Source: Hemiscyllium ocellatum
Lineage: Eukaryota
Reading direction: 5' to 3'
Assembly (NCBI RefSeq): GCF_020745735.1
Contig: NC_083408.1
Location: 30,906,484-30,970,483, forward strand
DNA length: 64,000 nucleotides
Shown here: positions 61,656-64,000 of the stretch, piece after piece
How the letters are laid out: the number at the start of each line of letters is the position of its first letter
Position numbering within the stretch: position 1 is the stretch's first letter
Notes under the pieces: generated by a model
What the model was told of the DNA's origin: nothing
The model's database searches: none
Seen by the model: the letters and a program-made list of their open reading frames with translations, nothing else
Program-made: the position numbers and the translations under genes

Positions 61656-64000
61656 GGGACACAGGAGATTGAAGAAGAGAATGCAGTGGGTTTTGCCTCG
61701 TGAGTTTTCTGAAAGTTTGAAAAAATGGATATTAAAGAGATTGAATGAAGACTTCACCTAAAAGTCCAAGATTATGACAGGTTTAGACAAGGTAAATAAA
61801 GAAGAACTGTTTCTGATAGCAAGGACTAGGAAACAGATTTGAGATTTTGAGCTACAGGCAATATGTAAAGAAAAACTTGTTTCAGCAATGAATTGTAATA
61901 AGCTGACACTTACTGCTTGTGAAGGTGTTCGAAGCGGAGACAATCAGTACTTCAAAAGGAAATTAGAGTGGCACTTTAAGGTAATAAACTTGATGGGCTA
62001 CGAGGATAGAGTGGGGAGAATGTGACAGCATTACGCTTTGGGAAGCTGACAAGCGGTCGTTAGCCCAAATAGTCATTTCCAGAGCTTTGTTAGATTACAC
62101 CTTGGGAAAATAGACTTCCAACGAGTTAAAATCCTGATATTTATGTTTCACTCTTAAAAGTGAAGCTGAATTTTACTTCTAAGTGGTGTTTTCTGTGATA
62201 AATTTACAAGAGTTGTTATGTCTGTCCAGTATAGATGCAGAATGGATGAGATATGGAGTGAGGTTTCCTCTACCCTGTCCTGTCAAACACTTCCAAGATA
62301 GGAACAGCTTTGACTAGATACAGTTTCTATTATTTTGCCTCCCTGGAAGAGTGGTGCTGTTATACCATTTTCCATGTTAGACATCCTGCGAGTACGTTAT
62401 GCAGTTTCAAAGTTGTTTGCATGACAAAGAGCAGCAGAGTCTTCCCTCAACTAATGTCACTAAAATTGAACATCTTGTAGTTGATTTCATTTCTGTTTGC
62501 AGAATCTTCCTGGTTTCAAATTGAGCTCTCTCCATTAAAGTGGTGACTGCAGTTCAAAAGTTTGTAGGGGTTTAGAATATTGAGGTTAAGAAAACTGTCT
62601 TTTCAGTGATCCAAGTGCTAAGCTTCACTGATGCATAAAGTCCAGTCCTTGTACTTTTTCCCTTTGCTGAGGTCCCTATGGAGGGTTTGCTCATCCTAGT
62701 AGCTGACGTTCCTAAGAATGCAGCAGCTACACAAGCTCTGAAATGGTGAAAGTATTTGACATTTCCGTTCCTCTCTGAGGCAGTGGAGAGGCTCTTGAGG
62801 AATTTTGAAGGCAAGGTTACCAATGCAAAGAATTGTAGCCTTTTGTCAAGTTTGCTGAGACTTGATGACTTAATGACACTAACATTGCAGGAAGTTGCTG
62901 AGAAATCCATGGGATCTGTCTTGGTCATGTTTATTATTTGATACGTGTTCGTACGGTGTTTAGTCATCATCTGTTGTATATTAATTCTGGAATTTAGAAT
63001 ATACATTGTACATGTAAATTGTTCTGGCATTGTGTACAAAAGTACACTGTTGTTTTATCAAACCTGTAGAATCTTGTGACTTTATTCTCTTAGTAATTCC
63101 CCATGATCTCTCACTTTGTCAGCTTCAACAAAATAAAATGTTACTGTTCCTGAGCCAGATTATTGCATAAATTTGGGGGTCTGGTTCAGAATTATAACCG
63201 GTATGCAAATGAGATTGAGATAGGGTTAGATTTGGCTACAACTGGCTGCAATTTCCTTGAATAGCGATCCAAGGCTTGCTGTCTTGGCAATTAAAGCTAT
63301 GAAGCAGCAATAAACTTGTACCCAAGTGCTAGAATTCTATTCACAGCACCTGTAGATGTATTTCGGATGCAAAACGCACATGGAAAATTGTGTGGGGGTA
63401 TGGATGTGAGGAGGTTCCTGATCCTATGGGCTATTGGCTGTTAGATACGAAGTGCAATCTGAGATGCTGTACAGTGAAAATTTACTTCTGAATTGTGTGT
63501 TCTTTTTAATCAGTGTTGAAACCTATTTTGGCTCAGATGCTACTTTTGGCACAGATTGGAGCTTGAGATTTCTTGGAATTTGAGATTTCTGTTTGATGGG
63601 TCTCTCTTCGGCACTACTCCTGCGTTCTGCAAATTTTTCTTTGAGCATTCCAAATTTTTCCGAGGCAATGGTTCAAGGACAGAAGATACTGCAACTGCAT
63701 TTCACTGTTTTGTATCATTCTTGCCTTAACATTGTATTGGTCATTGTCTTTCCAATATGGTATGAAATCCACTTCACCTTGAAGTTGCACAGATCTTATT
63801 TCTCCAATAACTGACAGAAGAGTTACCTTCTGTGCCACAACTATTCAATCAATTGTGACAACACTGAGTGCGAGAGCAACTGAGCTAGCCAATTCCTTCT
63901 TGAAAGCCACGTTTGAATCTGTCTTCACTATTCTTTCAGGCAGTGCATTCCAGATCCTAACCATCTTTGCGTGAAAAGAGCTTTTCCTCAAGTGCGGACT

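Larger units (their letters stand above)
10884..64000 (+). other. RAD51B: RAD51B very long intron (phase 0), open at the window end
   Basis: Starts gtaaga. No exon resembling the expected next peptide (VILTNQITT...) was found by eye or in the ORF track. The equivalent intron is very large in mammals. Confidence 0.75.

Noticed and set aside
10884-64000. Next RAD51B exon (VILTNQ...)
   Set aside because: No matching peptide with a phase-0 acceptor was found by eye; tBLASTn would be needed to exclude a diverged exon.

Overview
AT-rich, repeat-dense vertebrate genomic DNA. The repeat content (HE1/V-SINE-like, DeuSINE-like, CR1/HER1-like LINEs, Penelope remnants) suggests a cartilaginous fish, probably a shark; this is inferred, not proven. 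The window lies inside RAD51B on the + strand. Two coding exons are visible (424-543, 120 nt; 10700-10883, 184 nt; equivalent to human exons 6 and 7). They are followed by more than 53 kb of one intron, in which I could not find the next exon. Much of the rest is decayed mobile DNA: CR1 LINEs, tRNA-derived SINEs, solo LTRs, a Tigger-like MITE and Penelope-like (GIY-YIG) fragments. The most interesting signal is a set of several families of short Penelope-derived elements carrying minimal hammerhead-ribozyme motifs (CUGAnGA-A-stem II-GAAAC-GUC). Several form long fold-back hairpins with 14-16 bp target-site duplications, one has a U3-A8 compensatory core, and some are nested inside one another at the ribozyme core. 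Hammerheads in Penelope-like elements are already known in general, so any novelty lies in the architecture and the lineage. Repeat boundaries were read by eye and are approximate unless a TSD is given.
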